The notes: generated by a model not told the origin, from the letters alone. Counted from the first letter of the stretch, positions 48,510-59,457 are shown. The stretch is DNA of 64,000 nucleotides from an archaeon (GCA_020057295.1 JAGVGF010000002.1:32001-96000), one strand, 5' to 3'. Numbers and translations: made by a program.

Positions 48510-49181
48510 ATGAAGATTTTTGTAGTACTGCCCGCGTATAATGAAGAGAAACAGATTGGTAATGTTATTCGTTCTCTTAAAAAGAATGGTTATAAGAATA
48601 TTGTTGTTGTAGATGATGGTAGTTCCGATAAGACTTCGAGTATTTCTAGAAAAGAAGGTGCTATTGTTGTACGTAATATTATGAATATGGGTGTTGGCGG
48701 AGCCAGTGTTGCTGGTATTGAATATTCGTTTAGGATTGGAGCAGATATTGTTGTCACAATAGATTCTGATGGTCAGCATGATGTGAAGGACATAAAAAAA
48801 GTTATTACACCATTGTTAAATAATAGTGCAGATGTTGTTAGTGGATCCAGAATGTTCAATCCAAAGGGCATGCCTTTAATAAGAAGAATTGGTAATTTCG
48901 GTCTAAGTTTTATAACATTTATTTTATTTGGTATATGGTCTACAGATTCACAAAGTGGTTTCAGGGCAGTCACAAAACATGCCTGGAAAAAGATGCATAT
49001 AAAAGCTACAGGTTATGAATATAATTCTGACATGTTACGAGAGGTAAGATACCAAAATTTAAGGTTTAAAGAAGTTCCTATACGTGTAATATATACAGAA
49101 TATTCGTTATCTAAAGGTCAAAGTGTTATGGGAGGAGTTAGGACATTTATTAGTATACTAAAAAGAAGATTTTTAGGTTAG
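48510..49181 (+). CDS. GT2 polyprenol-phosphate glycosyltransferase (DPM1-like)
   Basis: PAYNEE, VDDGSSD, DSDGQH, VSGSR, TDSQSGFR. Confidence 0.9.
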   Translation: MKIFVVLPAYNEEKQIGNVIRSLKKNGYKNIVVVDDGSSDKTSSISRKEGAIVVRNIMNMGVGGASVAGIEYSFRIGADIVVTIDSDGQHDVKDIKKVITPLLNNSADVVSGSRMFNPKGMPLIRRIGNFGLSFITFILFGIWSTDSQSGFRAVTKHAWKKMHIKATGYEYNSDMLREVRYQNLRFKEVPIRVIYTEYSLSKGQSVMGGVRTFISILKRRFLG

Positions 49182-49246
49182 TTTTTCTTGAGTTAAAATT
49201 AGCAAATTATATAAATGCACATTCTTTCTCGTAGAGTGGTGGTATA

Positions 49247-49591
49247 ATGAATATAGTTCAAATGCTAATTATAATTTTTGCTGTATATGCTATAGTTAAA
49301 GTAGTTCTTAGACTGAGAGATAAATCATTAAGTCCTGTAGAATCTTTTTTATGGGCTATACTTTGGGTTGGAGTGATATTCGCTGCCATATTCCCTAACA
49401 CACTCATAGAACTTTCTAATGATTTAGGTTTGGGAAAAACATTGAATATGTTAGTATATCTTAGCATATTATTATTGTTCTATTTAGTGTTTAGATTGTA
49501 TAGTGCGCTTGACAAGTTAGATCATAGATTCAACACGCTTGTCAAAGAATTAAGTATTGAACGTACGATTAAACGTAAAAAAAGTAAGTGA
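49247..49591 (+). CDS. DUF2304-like membrane protein (GT2 partner)
   Basis: Three TM, IFP...LGLG, C-terminal LVKELSI; follows a GT2. Confidence 0.75.
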   Translation: MNIVQMLIIIFAVYAIVKVVLRLRDKSLSPVESFLWAILWVGVIFAAIFPNTLIELSNDLGLGKTLNMLVYLSILLLFYLVFRLYSALDKLDHRFNTLVKELSIERTIKRKKSK

Positions 49592-49613
49592 AAAATAGGT
49601 TTGAAGAAATAAA

Positions 49614-50708
49614 ATGAAAATTTTAATTATATGTCCTGATTGGTTTCCGAATATTTCAGGTTTTGGAATATCTGCATATGAGTTCTCTCAAGAATTACTT
49701 AAAGATAAGCATGAAGTAACAATAATAACATCTTCTCAGAAAAATCTTGATAAAAAAGGATTAAACGTTGTGAGTGTTAAAATGTTGTTTAACCCGTTAG
49801 GCAGAAATCCTATAGTTTTCGGATTGTACAATAAAATTAAGAATGTCGATTATGATGTAATATTGTTGTATAGTTATATGTATGAAATGAATGTGCGTGT
49901 GGCATTATACAGAAAATTAGGTTTAATAAAAAAACCTGTTATTTTAATGTACAGAGGCAGTTTAGAAAATGATGTACTGCCCTTCTTGAAAACATCGACA
50001 AAGATAGCGAAAAAAACATATGATGCAACACTTGCTAGAATGTTATTCAAAAATGTTGATTATACTATTTCTAATTCTAAACCAACATTAAAGCTAATTA
50101 ACGAAAAATATCTTGTCTCACATAAAAAAATGTCTTATATTTCTAGCGGCATACCTGTTATGGATTTTAAGAGAAGTAAGCTAAGTAATAAACGTGTATT
50201 ATTTAATGGAAGGTTAATAGAAAATAAGGGTATAAACTTTTTTGGAAAAATATTAGAAACTATTCCAAAAGATTGGAAGTTTACAATTATTGGAGATGGT
50301 CCATTAGAGAAAGAAATTTTGAGATTAAAAAAGAAATATAAAAATATTGAATATTTAGGCAAGGTTTCACACGCTGTTGCTAAAGAAATGTACTCAAAGG
50401 CAGACATACTAATATTACCAACATTTGCTGAAGGATCGCCGCGTGTAGTTCTAGAAGCATGTGCATCGGGAGTTCCATCGATAGCATTTAACGTCGGGGA
50501 TGTTCCAACAATACTTGATAACAATAAGAATGGTTATTGTATAGAAAGATATAACATAGAAAAATTTACAGAAAAATTAGAATTATTGATAAAAAATAGG
50601 GAATTAAGAAAAAAATTAGGCGATAATGCCTATACTTTTGCAAGAAAAAATTTAGACTGGAAAATTGTTTATAAAAAAATGCTTAAAGAAATTAGAGGTT
50701 TGTTATGA
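49614..50708 (+). CDS. GT4 glycosyltransferase
   Basis: GRLIENKG, IGDGP, EGSPRVVLEA, NVGD. Confidence 0.9.
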   Translation: MKILIICPDWFPNISGFGISAYEFSQELLKDKHEVTIITSSQKNLDKKGLNVVSVKMLFNPLGRNPIVFGLYNKIKNVDYDVILLYSYMYEMNVRVALYRKLGLIKKPVILMYRGSLENDVLPFLKTSTKIAKKTYDATLARMLFKNVDYTISNSKPTLKLINEKYLVSHKKMSYISSGIPVMDFKRSKLSNKRVLFNGRLIENKGINFFGKILETIPKDWKFTIIGDGPLEKEILRLKKKYKNIEYLGKVSHAVAKEMYSKADILILPTFAEGSPRVVLEACASGVPSIAFNVGDVPTILDNNKNGYCIERYNIEKFTEKLELLIKNRELRKKLGDNAYTFARKNLDWKIVYKKMLKEIRGLL

Positions 50709-51904
50709 AGAAAAAAATATTCTTCCTAATAAATTCTCTTGAGATAGGAGGATCTGAAAGAGTAATATTAGAATTATACAATCGTTTATCGAACAAATAT
50801 GATGTAAAATTGATAACACTAAAAAATGTTACAAATTATGATTCTAAAATCAAAACAATTTCTTTAAGTAAAGTTACAAAAACATCTAGAATGCTGGTTC
50901 ATATTTCTTCTTATGTAAAAAAATTAAAAAAAATTATTACAGAAGAAAAACCTGATGTTTTAGTAAGTTTTTTGGAACTGAGTAACTTAGTCAATATATT
51001 TGCATGTAAAAATACAAAAACTAAATGTGTTATATCTGTGAGATCTACTCTCTCTGAAGTTTATGATAGAGGAATATATGGTAAAACATTTACTTATTTG
51101 ATAAAAAAATTTTATCCGAAAGCCGACATAATCATAACTAATTCTAAATACTCAAAAATTGATTTAGTAAAAAGTTTTAACATTCCAGAAAAAAAAATAT
51201 CGACGGTTTACAATCCATTAAACATAGAAAATGTTCAAAAATCTTCAATCGAAAAAATAGAGCGGAAATATGCTTCAATATTCGATGGCAAATCTAAGAT
51301 ATTGATTACCGTCGGTAGATTAATTGATGCGAAAGCACATCCAAATTTATTGCGTGTATTCTATAATTTAAAAAAAGAAGTAAAAAATGTGAAACTAGTA
51401 ATCGTTGGAGATGGTCCATGGATGCAGAAACTCAAAGACATTATTAAAGAATTAGAATTAGAATCAGATGTATTCTTACTTGGCAGCCAGAAAAACCCTT
51501 ACAAATATGTGAAAAAATCAGATATTTTCGTATATTCTTCAGTATATGAAGGTTTTCCTAATGCATTAATCGAAGGAATGGCTTGTGGAGTTCCTGTGAT
51601 TTCTACCGATTGTAGATCTGGACCAAGAGAAATATTAGCTCCAGAAACCAATGTTCTAACGCAGGCCAAAAAATTAGAATTTGTCAAATATGGTTTATTA
51701 TCTCCTGTTTTCAAGAAAGAACTAAACACAGACATTCACGCTTCCCTAAGCAAAGAGGAAGAGATATTTATGAGTGGCATAAAAACTCTTTTAAATAGTA
51801 AGAAATTATCAAAATCGTACGCTATTAAGGGTGAACTTAGGATTAAAGATTTTAATAGCGAAAATATGGCTAAAAATTTTTTAAAAACGATTAAGGTGAA
51901 TTGA
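50705..51904 (+). CDS. GT4 glycosyltransferase (PglJ-like)
   Basis: GGSERV, VGRLIDAK, EGFPNALIEGMACG, STDCRSGPREIL. Confidence 0.9.
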   Translation: MKKKIFFLINSLEIGGSERVILELYNRLSNKYDVKLITLKNVTNYDSKIKTISLSKVTKTSRMLVHISSYVKKLKKIITEEKPDVLVSFLELSNLVNIFACKNTKTKCVISVRSTLSEVYDRGIYGKTFTYLIKKFYPKADIIITNSKYSKIDLVKSFNIPEKKISTVYNPLNIENVQKSSIEKIERKYASIFDGKSKILITVGRLIDAKAHPNLLRVFYNLKKEVKNVKLVIVGDGPWMQKLKDIIKELELESDVFLLGSQKNPYKYVKKSDIFVYSSVYEGFPNALIEGMACGVPVISTDCRSGPREILAPETNVLTQAKKLEFVKYGLLSPVFKKELNTDIHASLSKEEEIFMSGIKTLLNSKKLSKSYAIKGELRIKDFNSENMAKNFLKTIKVN

Positions 51905-52975
51905 GTGATTCCAAAAGATGTTGAATATTTAAAATGTATAAATTGTGGGCACGATTTGCTATTAAAAGTCTTCGAAACAGAAAAAGATGAATGTGTAGAA
52001 GGAAAATTATCCTGCAAACATTGTAACGAAGAGTGGCCCGTAATCAATGCAATACCGCGTTTGTTGCCTAAAAACTTACTTAAAAATTTAGTTTTGCCTT
52101 ATCATAAAGATTTCTTTGATAAATATCATTTTGATGTATCAGAAAAGAACAGATCCGATAAGTCCAGTAATGATGATAAGTTAAAAAGTAAGACTGCTCA
52201 AAGTTTTGGTTTCGAGTGGTTAAAATATCCTAAAATATTAAACCAATTTGAGAAAGATTGGGAGAGATACTTTCATCCGTTCATAACAAGAAAAGATATT
52301 AAAGGAAGTGTTGTAGCAGATTTTGGATGTGGGATGGCTAAACATGGATATTTTATTGGAAAATATGCTTCCAAAAAATATATTGGATTAGATTTAAGTG
52401 AGGCTACTGAGGCAGCATATAGAAATACTAAAAAATTCAAACCATTAATAGTACAGGCAGACATTTATCATATTCCGTTAAAAGGTGAAAAGATTGATAT
52501 TTGTTATTCTATTGGTGTATTACATCATCTTCCAAATCCTGAAAATGGCTTCATAAGTATTATAAAGAATATGCGCAAAGGTTCTAAAATATTTATGTGG
52601 GTATACGGGCAAAGAGGAAATTCTCGTGCTCTATATTTATACAATCCAATACGTTTTGTGACAACTAGAATGAATAGAAAATTTTTATATAATTTGTGTC
52701 ACATTCCAGCTATTGCAGTACATTCATTAAACAGTGTATCTAAAGGATTATCAAAGATAGGATTAAAAAAATCTGCTAGATTAATTCCATTCAGTTATTA
52801 TACAGATTTCCCGTACACTTTCAAGGTAAGCGACACTTTTGATACATTAGGAACACCAACTCAAATATACTATAAAATGAGTGAGATTGATAGTTGGTTC
52901 AAACATTCAAAATTAAAAAAATATCAATTAGAATATGATGTTGTACAAGGAATAAAAGGATATGGTGTAAAATAA
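51905..52975 (+). CDS. Trm112-like Zn ribbon fused to SAM methyltransferase
   Basis: CINC...CKHC...IPRL, FGFEW, DFGCGM, IGVLHH. Confidence 0.82.
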   Translation: MIPKDVEYLKCINCGHDLLLKVFETEKDECVEGKLSCKHCNEEWPVINAIPRLLPKNLLKNLVLPYHKDFFDKYHFDVSEKNRSDKSSNDDKLKSKTAQSFGFEWLKYPKILNQFEKDWERYFHPFITRKDIKGSVVADFGCGMAKHGYFIGKYASKKYIGLDLSEATEAAYRNTKKFKPLIVQADIYHIPLKGEKIDICYSIGVLHHLPNPENGFISIIKNMRKGSKIFMWVYGQRGNSRALYLYNPIRFVTTRMNRKFLYNLCHIPAIAVHSLNSVSKGLSKIGLKKSARLIPFSYYTDFPYTFKVSDTFDTLGTPTQIYYKMSEIDSWFKHSKLKKYQLEYDVVQGIKGYGVK

Positions 52976-52976
52976 T

Positions 52977-54863
52977 ATGTGCGGAATAAACGGATTTAAT
53001 TGGGAAGATAAGAATTTAATTAGTTCTATGAATAAAAACATTAAACATAGAGGTCCAGACGATCAAGGAACATTTGTGAGTAATAGATTAAGTCTAGCTC
53101 AAGTAAGATTATCGATTATAGATTTGACGCCAGCAGGTCATAATCCTATGTTTTATGATAAAAAAACAGGTGCATTTTCAGAAAGACATCAAAAACATTT
53201 AATGAATGATGCTAAATTAGGAATAGTTTTTAATGGAGAAATATACAATTATCAAGATATTAAATCTGAACTAGAATTAAAAGGATACGCTTTTTCAACA
53301 AAATGTGACACCGAAGTCATACTAGCAAGTTATCTCGAGTGGGGATATGATTGTGTTAAGCATTTTAATGGAATGTGGGCATTCTGTATATATGATTCTA
53401 AGAAGAAAATCTTATTTTGTTCAAGAGATAGACTTGGAGTAAAACCATTCTATTACTATTATAAGAACGGAAAATTCATATTCAGTTCAGAACTCAAGGG
53501 AATATTAGCACACAAGAATTTAAAGATTAACACTAAAGAAAATATTAACAAAGATGCAGTACAATTATACTTCTCATTAGGATTTGTACCATCACCATAT
53601 TCCATATATCATGACGTATTTAAACTTGAAGCTAGACAGAATTTGATATTTGATCTTTCATCTAAAAAAATTAAGAGACAATGGTATTATTATGAGATTC
53701 CAAAACTAAATCCTGTTCATGATAAGAAGAAATTGATAGAAGAAGGTCGAGAAATATTAAGAGATGCTGTCAGAATAAGAATTATTGCAGATGTTCCTGT
53801 AGGAGCATTCTTATCAGGAGGATTGGATAGTTCAACCGTAGTTGGTGTGATGAAAGATTTTACTGAATTAAAAAAATTACACACATTTTCCATAGGTTTT
53901 GAAGGAAAATACGATGAAACAAAATATATTAATATAGTAAAAAACTATTTTGGAACAAAACACCATCATTATTATTTCAAAGAGAAAGATTTTGAAAATT
54001 TGATAGATACATACTCGTTTATGTATGATGAACCATTTTGGGATTATTCAGGATTTCCAACATACAAAGTTTCAGAATTAGCAAAAAAGCATGTAACAGT
54101 GTGTTTAAGCGGTGATGGTGGGGATGAAATATTTGGAGGATATAATACTCATGTTGCAGGATATCGTATGGATTTAATATATAAATTACCAAGATTTTTA
54201 CGTTTTATTGGTTCTAAAATACCTGCAAGGAAGAATTTAAACGGCTTTGCTTCAGCGTATTTATTAAAAGAAGCATTTAAAGCATCCCTTAAAGATAAAA
54301 AATATTTTTATGCTACAGCAATATCAGAAGACAGTATACGACCAGAAGTATATAAAAAAATAACAATTCAAAAATTAGACTATGCATTAAAAAAAGGAAA
54401 CAATAAACTTTCAGAAGCTTTACGAATTTATGATCTAATGTCCAATTCTTTACAGGATAATTTTTTGGTTAAGGTAGATCGCGCATCGATGATGCACGCA
54501 CTTGAAGTAAGGAGTCCTTTTTTAGATTATAGATTTGTAGAATTTGCTCAAAAAATACCTTCAGAATGGAAACAAAATTCTATTAAAACAAAGATTCTCA
54601 TGAGAGAAATAATTAAAGATATTGTTCCAAAAGAAATAGTAAATCGTGGAAAACAAGGTTTTAGCCCGCCAATCGATAAATGGATACTACAAAAGAAATA
54701 TTCTAAAGATTTTAAAAAATATATCGAGCAAATAAAATCTATTGACAGCGATATTTATTTATTCTATAAGAATAAAGTTTTTAAAAATGATAATGTATTA
54801 TACACTAACTACAGAATAAGATTATATCTATTCGGCTTATGGAGTAAAAAATGGTTAAAGTAG
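52977..54863 (+). CDS. asnB: Glutamine-hydrolysing asparagine-synthase-family amidotransferase (probably sugar amidation)
   Basis: MCGI, HRGPD, FNGEIYN, LSGGLDSS, SGDGGDE, KVDRASM; glycan-locus context. Confidence 0.92.
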   Translation: MCGINGFNWEDKNLISSMNKNIKHRGPDDQGTFVSNRLSLAQVRLSIIDLTPAGHNPMFYDKKTGAFSERHQKHLMNDAKLGIVFNGEIYNYQDIKSELELKGYAFSTKCDTEVILASYLEWGYDCVKHFNGMWAFCIYDSKKKILFCSRDRLGVKPFYYYYKNGKFIFSSELKGILAHKNLKINTKENINKDAVQLYFSLGFVPSPYSIYHDVFKLEARQNLIFDLSSKKIKRQWYYYEIPKLNPVHDKKKLIEEGREILRDAVRIRIIADVPVGAFLSGGLDSSTVVGVMKDFTELKKLHTFSIGFEGKYDETKYINIVKNYFGTKHHHYYFKEKDFENLIDTYSFMYDEPFWDYSGFPTYKVSELAKKHVTVCLSGDGGDEIFGGYNTHVAGYRMDLIYKLPRFLRFIGSKIPARKNLNGFASAYLLKEAFKASLKDKKYFYATAISEDSIRPEVYKKITIQKLDYALKKGNNKLSEALRIYDLMSNSLQDNFLVKVDRASMMHALEVRSPFLDYRFVEFAQKIPSEWKQNSIKTKILMREIIKDIVPKEIVNRGKQGFSPPIDKWILQKKYSKDFKKYIEQIKSIDSDIYLFYKNKVFKNDNVLYTNYRIRLYLFGLWSKKWLK

Positions 54864-55690
54864 AATTGTATGAACATACCTATAAGCGAAAGAAACACTT
54901 TAGTTTTGGACAAAATTGGAAAGAGTATTTGAATTCTCTAAATGAAGATAAAATTAACGAAGCAAAGAAATCTCTTACCAGATTTTTGGGCGGAAAAGAT
55001 AAAATACGAAATAAAACTTTTGTAGATATAGGTTGTGGCAGCGGATTATTCTCTCTTGCAGCGTTTCTACTGGGTGCAAAAAAAGTAGTAAGTGTAGATA
55101 TAGATGATGCTTCTTTATACTGTGTAAACACACTTAGAAAAAAATATTCGTCTAATCCGGATAAATGGGTTGTAAAAAAGGGTTCTGCATTAGATAAATC
55201 ATTTATGAAAAGACTAGGAAAATTTGACATAGTGTATAGTTGGGGAGTGCTTCATCATACAGGAAATATGTATCAGGCATTCGATAATCTAACAATGCTT
55301 TCTCATGAAAAAAGTATAATCTATTTGGCAATATATAATAATAATAGAATATTTTTTGAAGGAACATCCCCTTTCTGGCTTAAAATCAAAAAGATTTATA
55401 ATTCCTCAAATAAAATTATTAAAAAATGTATTTATTATATATATACATTATATCTCATATTTGGAATAACTGTATCAGGAAAAAATACTATAAAATATAT
55501 TAAGGATTATCATACATTACGTGGAATGAACTTTTTTACTGATATAAAAGACTGGCTTGGCGGATATCCTTACGAATATGCGTCAACGCAAGAAATTACT
55601 GATTATTTCAAAAATCTAGGTTATATTGCTAAAAAAATCAGCAAAGCAAGATCATTAGGATGCAATGAATATTTGATTGGTCGTCTTTAA
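54851..55690 (+). CDS. Class I SAM-dependent methyltransferase
   Basis: FSFGQNW, DIGCGSG, YSWGVLHHTG, DWLGGYPYE. Confidence 0.88.
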   Translation: MVKVELYEHTYKRKKHFSFGQNWKEYLNSLNEDKINEAKKSLTRFLGGKDKIRNKTFVDIGCGSGLFSLAAFLLGAKKVVSVDIDDASLYCVNTLRKKYSSNPDKWVVKKGSALDKSFMKRLGKFDIVYSWGVLHHTGNMYQAFDNLTMLSHEKSIIYLAIYNNNRIFFEGTSPFWLKIKKIYNSSNKIIKKCIYYIYTLYLIFGITVSGKNTIKYIKDYHTLRGMNFFTDIKDWLGGYPYEYASTQEITDYFKNLGYIAKKISKARSLGCNEYLIGRL

Positions 55691-55707
55691 GTACGAATTG
55701 TATAATC

Positions 55708-56769
55708 TTATTCTTGATTATAATTATCTGGAGAAGTTACTGAACGTATACTCTTAGAATTTATGTACGTTTGCATAGATTCTTTTTTATTATCATACAA
55801 TGATTTATTTCTTGTTATTACACACGTGATAAAGAATAGAAACTTTCTAATAAATCTAGGTATAATAAAAGGTATGGATAAAAATAATATTTTTATAGAA
55901 TGTACTTTTTTATTTAATTTGAATACATAAAGCATGTTTTCCCTATAATTACCAGAAAAAGTCGTAGCGATATAAGATTCGCCAAACACTTCAATCGATA
56001 CTCCGCTATATTTGAGTTTTGATAAGTTTTTTCCCGTTTGTTTTTCTATCGTGTCAATTAGATCGTAGTATCCCTCTACAAATATTTTAAGATGATCTAT
56101 GTTAGTATAAACTAGATTATTATTTTTTGTATTATCTGTAATAGCGTGATTAAATAGATAAAAATTTATATTATTTTCAATTGATGCTAATATAGCAATA
56201 TGCAGATGTGGCCAAATATCGCTAAATTTAGGATATTTTTTAATTATTTTCTTAGAATATGTAGCTGGTATAATTATATTACTTAATAATCCCATGCTTG
56301 TCAGATATCTTTTGAACATAGAATCATTAATACTAATATTATAAGAGCCTTCTTTTAATCCTTTATAAAAAGAGAAAGATTTACCATCTTTTGATATCGA
56401 GTTAAGCAGGAATATTTTTTTTCTTTCGGAAATTAGATTCATTATTTGCGGAAGCTTGTCTTTTATTATTAAATCGTCATCACCCAAAAACCATATAAAT
56501 TCTCCTCGAGCTTTCTCTATTATCTTTAAAATATTTCCCTTACATTTAAGGTTGATCTTGTTTCTATGATATCTTATCTTTTTTTCTTTTGCATATTTTT
56601 TTTTATATAATTCAAAAGTTCCGTCATCAGAAGCATTATCTGAAATCAGAATTTCGATATCATTAAAATTAAATTTTTTAATTTGATTTAATGTATTATC
56701 TACCAACCTTTCTAAATATTTTCTCCTATTCCATGTCGGAATTCCTATCGTTAATTTAATATTTTTCAT
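55708..56769 (-). CDS. GT2 glycosyltransferase (abequosyltransferase-like)
   Basis: IPTWNR, SDNASDD, WFLGDDD; last gene of the CDP-sugar operon. Confidence 0.85.
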   Translation of the reverse strand: MKNIKLTIGIPTWNRRKYLERLVDNTLNQIKKFNFNDIEILISDNASDDGTFELYKKKYAKEKKIRYHRNKINLKCKGNILKIIEKARGEFIWFLGDDDLIIKDKLPQIMNLISERKKIFLLNSISKDGKSFSFYKGLKEGSYNISINDSMFKRYLTSMGLLSNIIIPATYSKKIIKKYPKFSDIWPHLHIAILASIENNINFYLFNHAITDNTKNNNLVYTNIDHLKIFVEGYYDLIDTIEKQTGKNLSKLKYSGVSIEVFGESYIATTFSGNYRENMLYVFKLNKKVHSIKILFLSIPFIIPRFIRKFLFFITCVITRNKSLYDNKKESMQTYINSKSIRSVTSPDNYNQE

Positions 56770-57683
56770 TTCAGAATTTTTATTATTTGCTCGGTAATTT
56801 TATCTTTTGATATTCCGCTTAAATCTCTAAGATAATCCTGAGAACCTACTGTTTTAATGAATCCATGATCTATAGAAAAACCTTTGAACAAGAAATCCTT
56901 ATAGGTTGATGTAGCGATAATCTCTGATAGTAGACTACTCAAACCTCCTTCTTTAACGTGTTCTTCCAATGAAAAGATGTATTTATACTTTTTTAATAAG
57001 TCTAGAATTTGTTTCTCATCAAATGGTTTTATTATCGGGCAACTTGATAAGGCAAAATTTTTACCATGCTTATTTTTTAAATCTTCCACTATCTTTGTTC
57101 CCAATTCAAGCATGTTACCCGTAGTTAGGATAATACCATCTTCACCTTCAGAAATAGAAATAATGTTTTTAAGTTCTACTTCCTCTTTATGAATATTTGG
57201 CTCTTTATTTTTTCCTAGCCTAATATAAAATGGTCCGCTATTTTCTATAGCATATTTTACTGATGCTTTAACTTCAATAGGATCGCCAGGACAAAGAATT
57301 TTCATATTAGGTAAAGTCCTTAGTATTCCTATATCTTCAAATGCATGATGAGTACTTCCAGATTTACTATAGGAGAAACCTCCTCCTACCCCGACTATAA
57401 TTACATCTAGATTATGATATGCTATGTTGACTTTTATTTGTTCGAAACATCGGGCTGTTGCGAAAGGCGCAATCGAATAAACAAATACTTTTTTGCCCGT
57501 CAAAGCCAAACCAGCTGCGACTCCTATAAGATTCTGCTCAGCCAACCCAACATTAATATAATTATTAGGATATTTTTCCATAAATTCTTCAAATACAGAA
57601 AATCCTAAGTCCGCTGTCATGAAAATAATATTCTTATCTGTCTCAACAAACTTAGTTAATTCTTTTATAAATGTGTTTCTCAT
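56766..57683 (-). CDS. Transketolase-like C-terminal subunit (sugar-modification cluster)
   Basis: TADLG, NVGLAEQN, FEQIK, GSTHH, YIRLGK, LEEH. Confidence 0.88.
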   Translation of the reverse strand: MRNTFIKELTKFVETDKNIIFMTADLGFSVFEEFMEKYPNNYINVGLAEQNLIGVAAGLALTGKKVFVYSIAPFATARCFEQIKVNIAYHNLDVIIVGVGGGFSYSKSGSTHHAFEDIGILRTLPNMKILCPGDPIEVKASVKYAIENSGPFYIRLGKNKEPNIHKEEVELKNIISISEGEDGIILTTGNMLELGTKIVEDLKNKHGKNFALSSCPIIKPFDEKQILDLLKKYKYIFSLEEHVKEGGLSSLLSEIIATSTYKDFLFKGFSIDHGFIKTVGSQDYLRDLSGISKDKITEQIIKILK

Positions 57684-58483
57684 TTTAGTTCATCTAATGC
57701 ACGTTGTAATTGTTCATCATTTAATGATTTATAATGCCACTCTAATTTATCTTCTATAAATCCTACTCCCTTTCCTTTAACAGTATGAGCAATAATAACC
57801 AGAGGCTTATCAGGATTTTCTCTAATTTCGTTAAGAGCGGATTTAATTTCATCAAAATTGTGTCCATCAATTTCTCTTACATTCCATCCAAAGGATTTCC
57901 ATCTCAAAGAAAATTGTGTCATGTCAGAAAAATCACTCGTTCTTCCAAATCCTTGCAATTTGTTATAATCAATAATTGCAATGAGATTTTTCAATTTTTG
58001 AACAGGTGCGAATGATGCTGCTTCCCATATCATTCCTTCGTTACATTCCCCGTCTCCAAGTAATACTATAGTTTTATTGTTAAACCCATTCATTTTTGAA
58101 GATAATGCTATTCCTGATGCTACGGATAAACCATGCCCTAGAGACCCCAATGAATATTCAACTCCTTCTACTTGGCTGTTTATGTGATCTCCTAGATAAC
58201 TTCCATCTACATCCACCTCTTCTATTTCTTTCTTGGATATTATCCCTTTATCAAATAAAATAGCGTATATAAGTATAGAGCTATGTGCTTTGCTTAGTAT
58301 AAAGTAGTCTCTGTCCGGTTTCTTTTTTGTCAGATCTAAATTCAAATGATCATAATATAGATAAACAAGTAATTCCACGGCTGAAAAAGCTGAACCAAGA
58401 TGTGCAGACTTCGATCTGTGTTTAGATTTAATTATTATTCTTCTAATGTCTCTACACTTTTCTTTAAATTTAATAATATCCAA
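57680..58483 (-). CDS. Transketolase-like N-terminal subunit (sugar-modification cluster)
   Basis: AHLGSAFS, ILSKAH, GSLGHG, GDGECNEG, TVKGKG, WHY. Confidence 0.88.
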   Translation of the reverse strand: MDIIKFKEKCRDIRRIIIKSKHRSKSAHLGSAFSAVELLVYLYYDHLNLDLTKKKPDRDYFILSKAHSSILIYAILFDKGIISKKEIEEVDVDGSYLGDHINSQVEGVEYSLGSLGHGLSVASGIALSSKMNGFNNKTIVLLGDGECNEGMIWEAASFAPVQKLKNLIAIIDYNKLQGFGRTSDFSDMTQFSLRWKSFGWNVREIDGHNFDEIKSALNEIRENPDKPLVIIAHTVKGKGVGFIEDKLEWHYKSLNDEQLQRALDELK

Positions 58484-58485
58484 TT

Positions 58486-59457
58486 TTACCTCTCATATAT
58501 GTGCTCATTTTTTCTCATCCAATCTAATGTTTTTCTTAAACCTGATTCTAAATTGTGTTTAGGTTTCCACTTGAGAAGCTTTTCCATTTTTTTAATATCT
58601 GCACACCATCTATAATTTTCATTTTTTCTATTTTTAATAGCTCCAAATAATAGTTTTATATCACTAGAATAAACTTTTTTCATCAATTTTGCTGTGTCTC
58701 TTATAGAATTATCCTTTCCTGTTCCTATATTTAAGGTTTCGCCAGTTATTTTATTATGCATTTTTATTATTCTTAAATAAGCTTCAACAATATCCTCTAT
58801 AAATATAAAATCTCTTGTTTGTAATCCTGAAGTTAAATTAATATTTTTATCATTTTTAACTATTGCCTTGACCAAACTAGGAATAAATCTTGTTTCTTCT
58901 TCATAATATCCATATACTGAGAATAACCTAAGATGGATAATATTTTTGTTATATCTTCTATAAAGCATGTGTCCATATAATTCTGTAGAAGCCTTTGTAA
59001 CACCATATATATCTATTGGTTCCAAAACGTCGTTTTCGCTCATAGCTTCTTTTTTATGTCCATATTCTGAGGAGCTTCCTGTATTGATAAAACACTTATA
59101 ATTAATGTTTTGGCACGCCTCCATTAAATTAATAGTTCCTAAAAGGTTGGTCCGAATAATTTTATCTCTTTCTGTCTGTTTATCTGGATATGCTCCATAA
59201 GTAGCAAGATGAAGTATATAATCTGGTTTAATTTTTTCTACCAGATTTCTTAATATTTGGAAGTCATTTAAATCATTATAATGTATTTTTAGATTTTTAT
59301 TTTTTAATAAATCATTTATTCTCCATAGATTAGAACTTTCCCTTATTATTATGTGAACTTCAAATTTTTTTAATTCTAGAAATTTTCTTAATAGATTTGC
59401 ACCAACAAAACCTGTAGCTCCTGTTAAAAATATTATTTCATTATTTACTCTATCCAA
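58486..59457 (-). CDS. NAD-dependent epimerase/reductase (CDP-paratose/abequose synthase-like SDR)
   Basis: TGATGFVG, GSSSEYG, YGVTK, RDFIFIED. Confidence 0.88.
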   Translation of the reverse strand: MDRVNNEIIFLTGATGFVGANLLRKFLELKKFEVHIIIRESSNLWRINDLLKNKNLKIHYNDLNDFQILRNLVEKIKPDYILHLATYGAYPDKQTERDKIIRTNLLGTINLMEACQNINYKCFINTGSSSEYGHKKEAMSENDVLEPIDIYGVTKASTELYGHMLYRRYNKNIIHLRLFSVYGYYEEETRFIPSLVKAIVKNDKNINLTSGLQTRDFIFIEDIVEAYLRIIKMHNKITGETLNIGTGKDNSIRDTAKLMKKVYSSDIKLLFGAIKNRKNENYRWCADIKKMEKLLKWKPKHNLESGLRKTLDWMRKNEHIYER

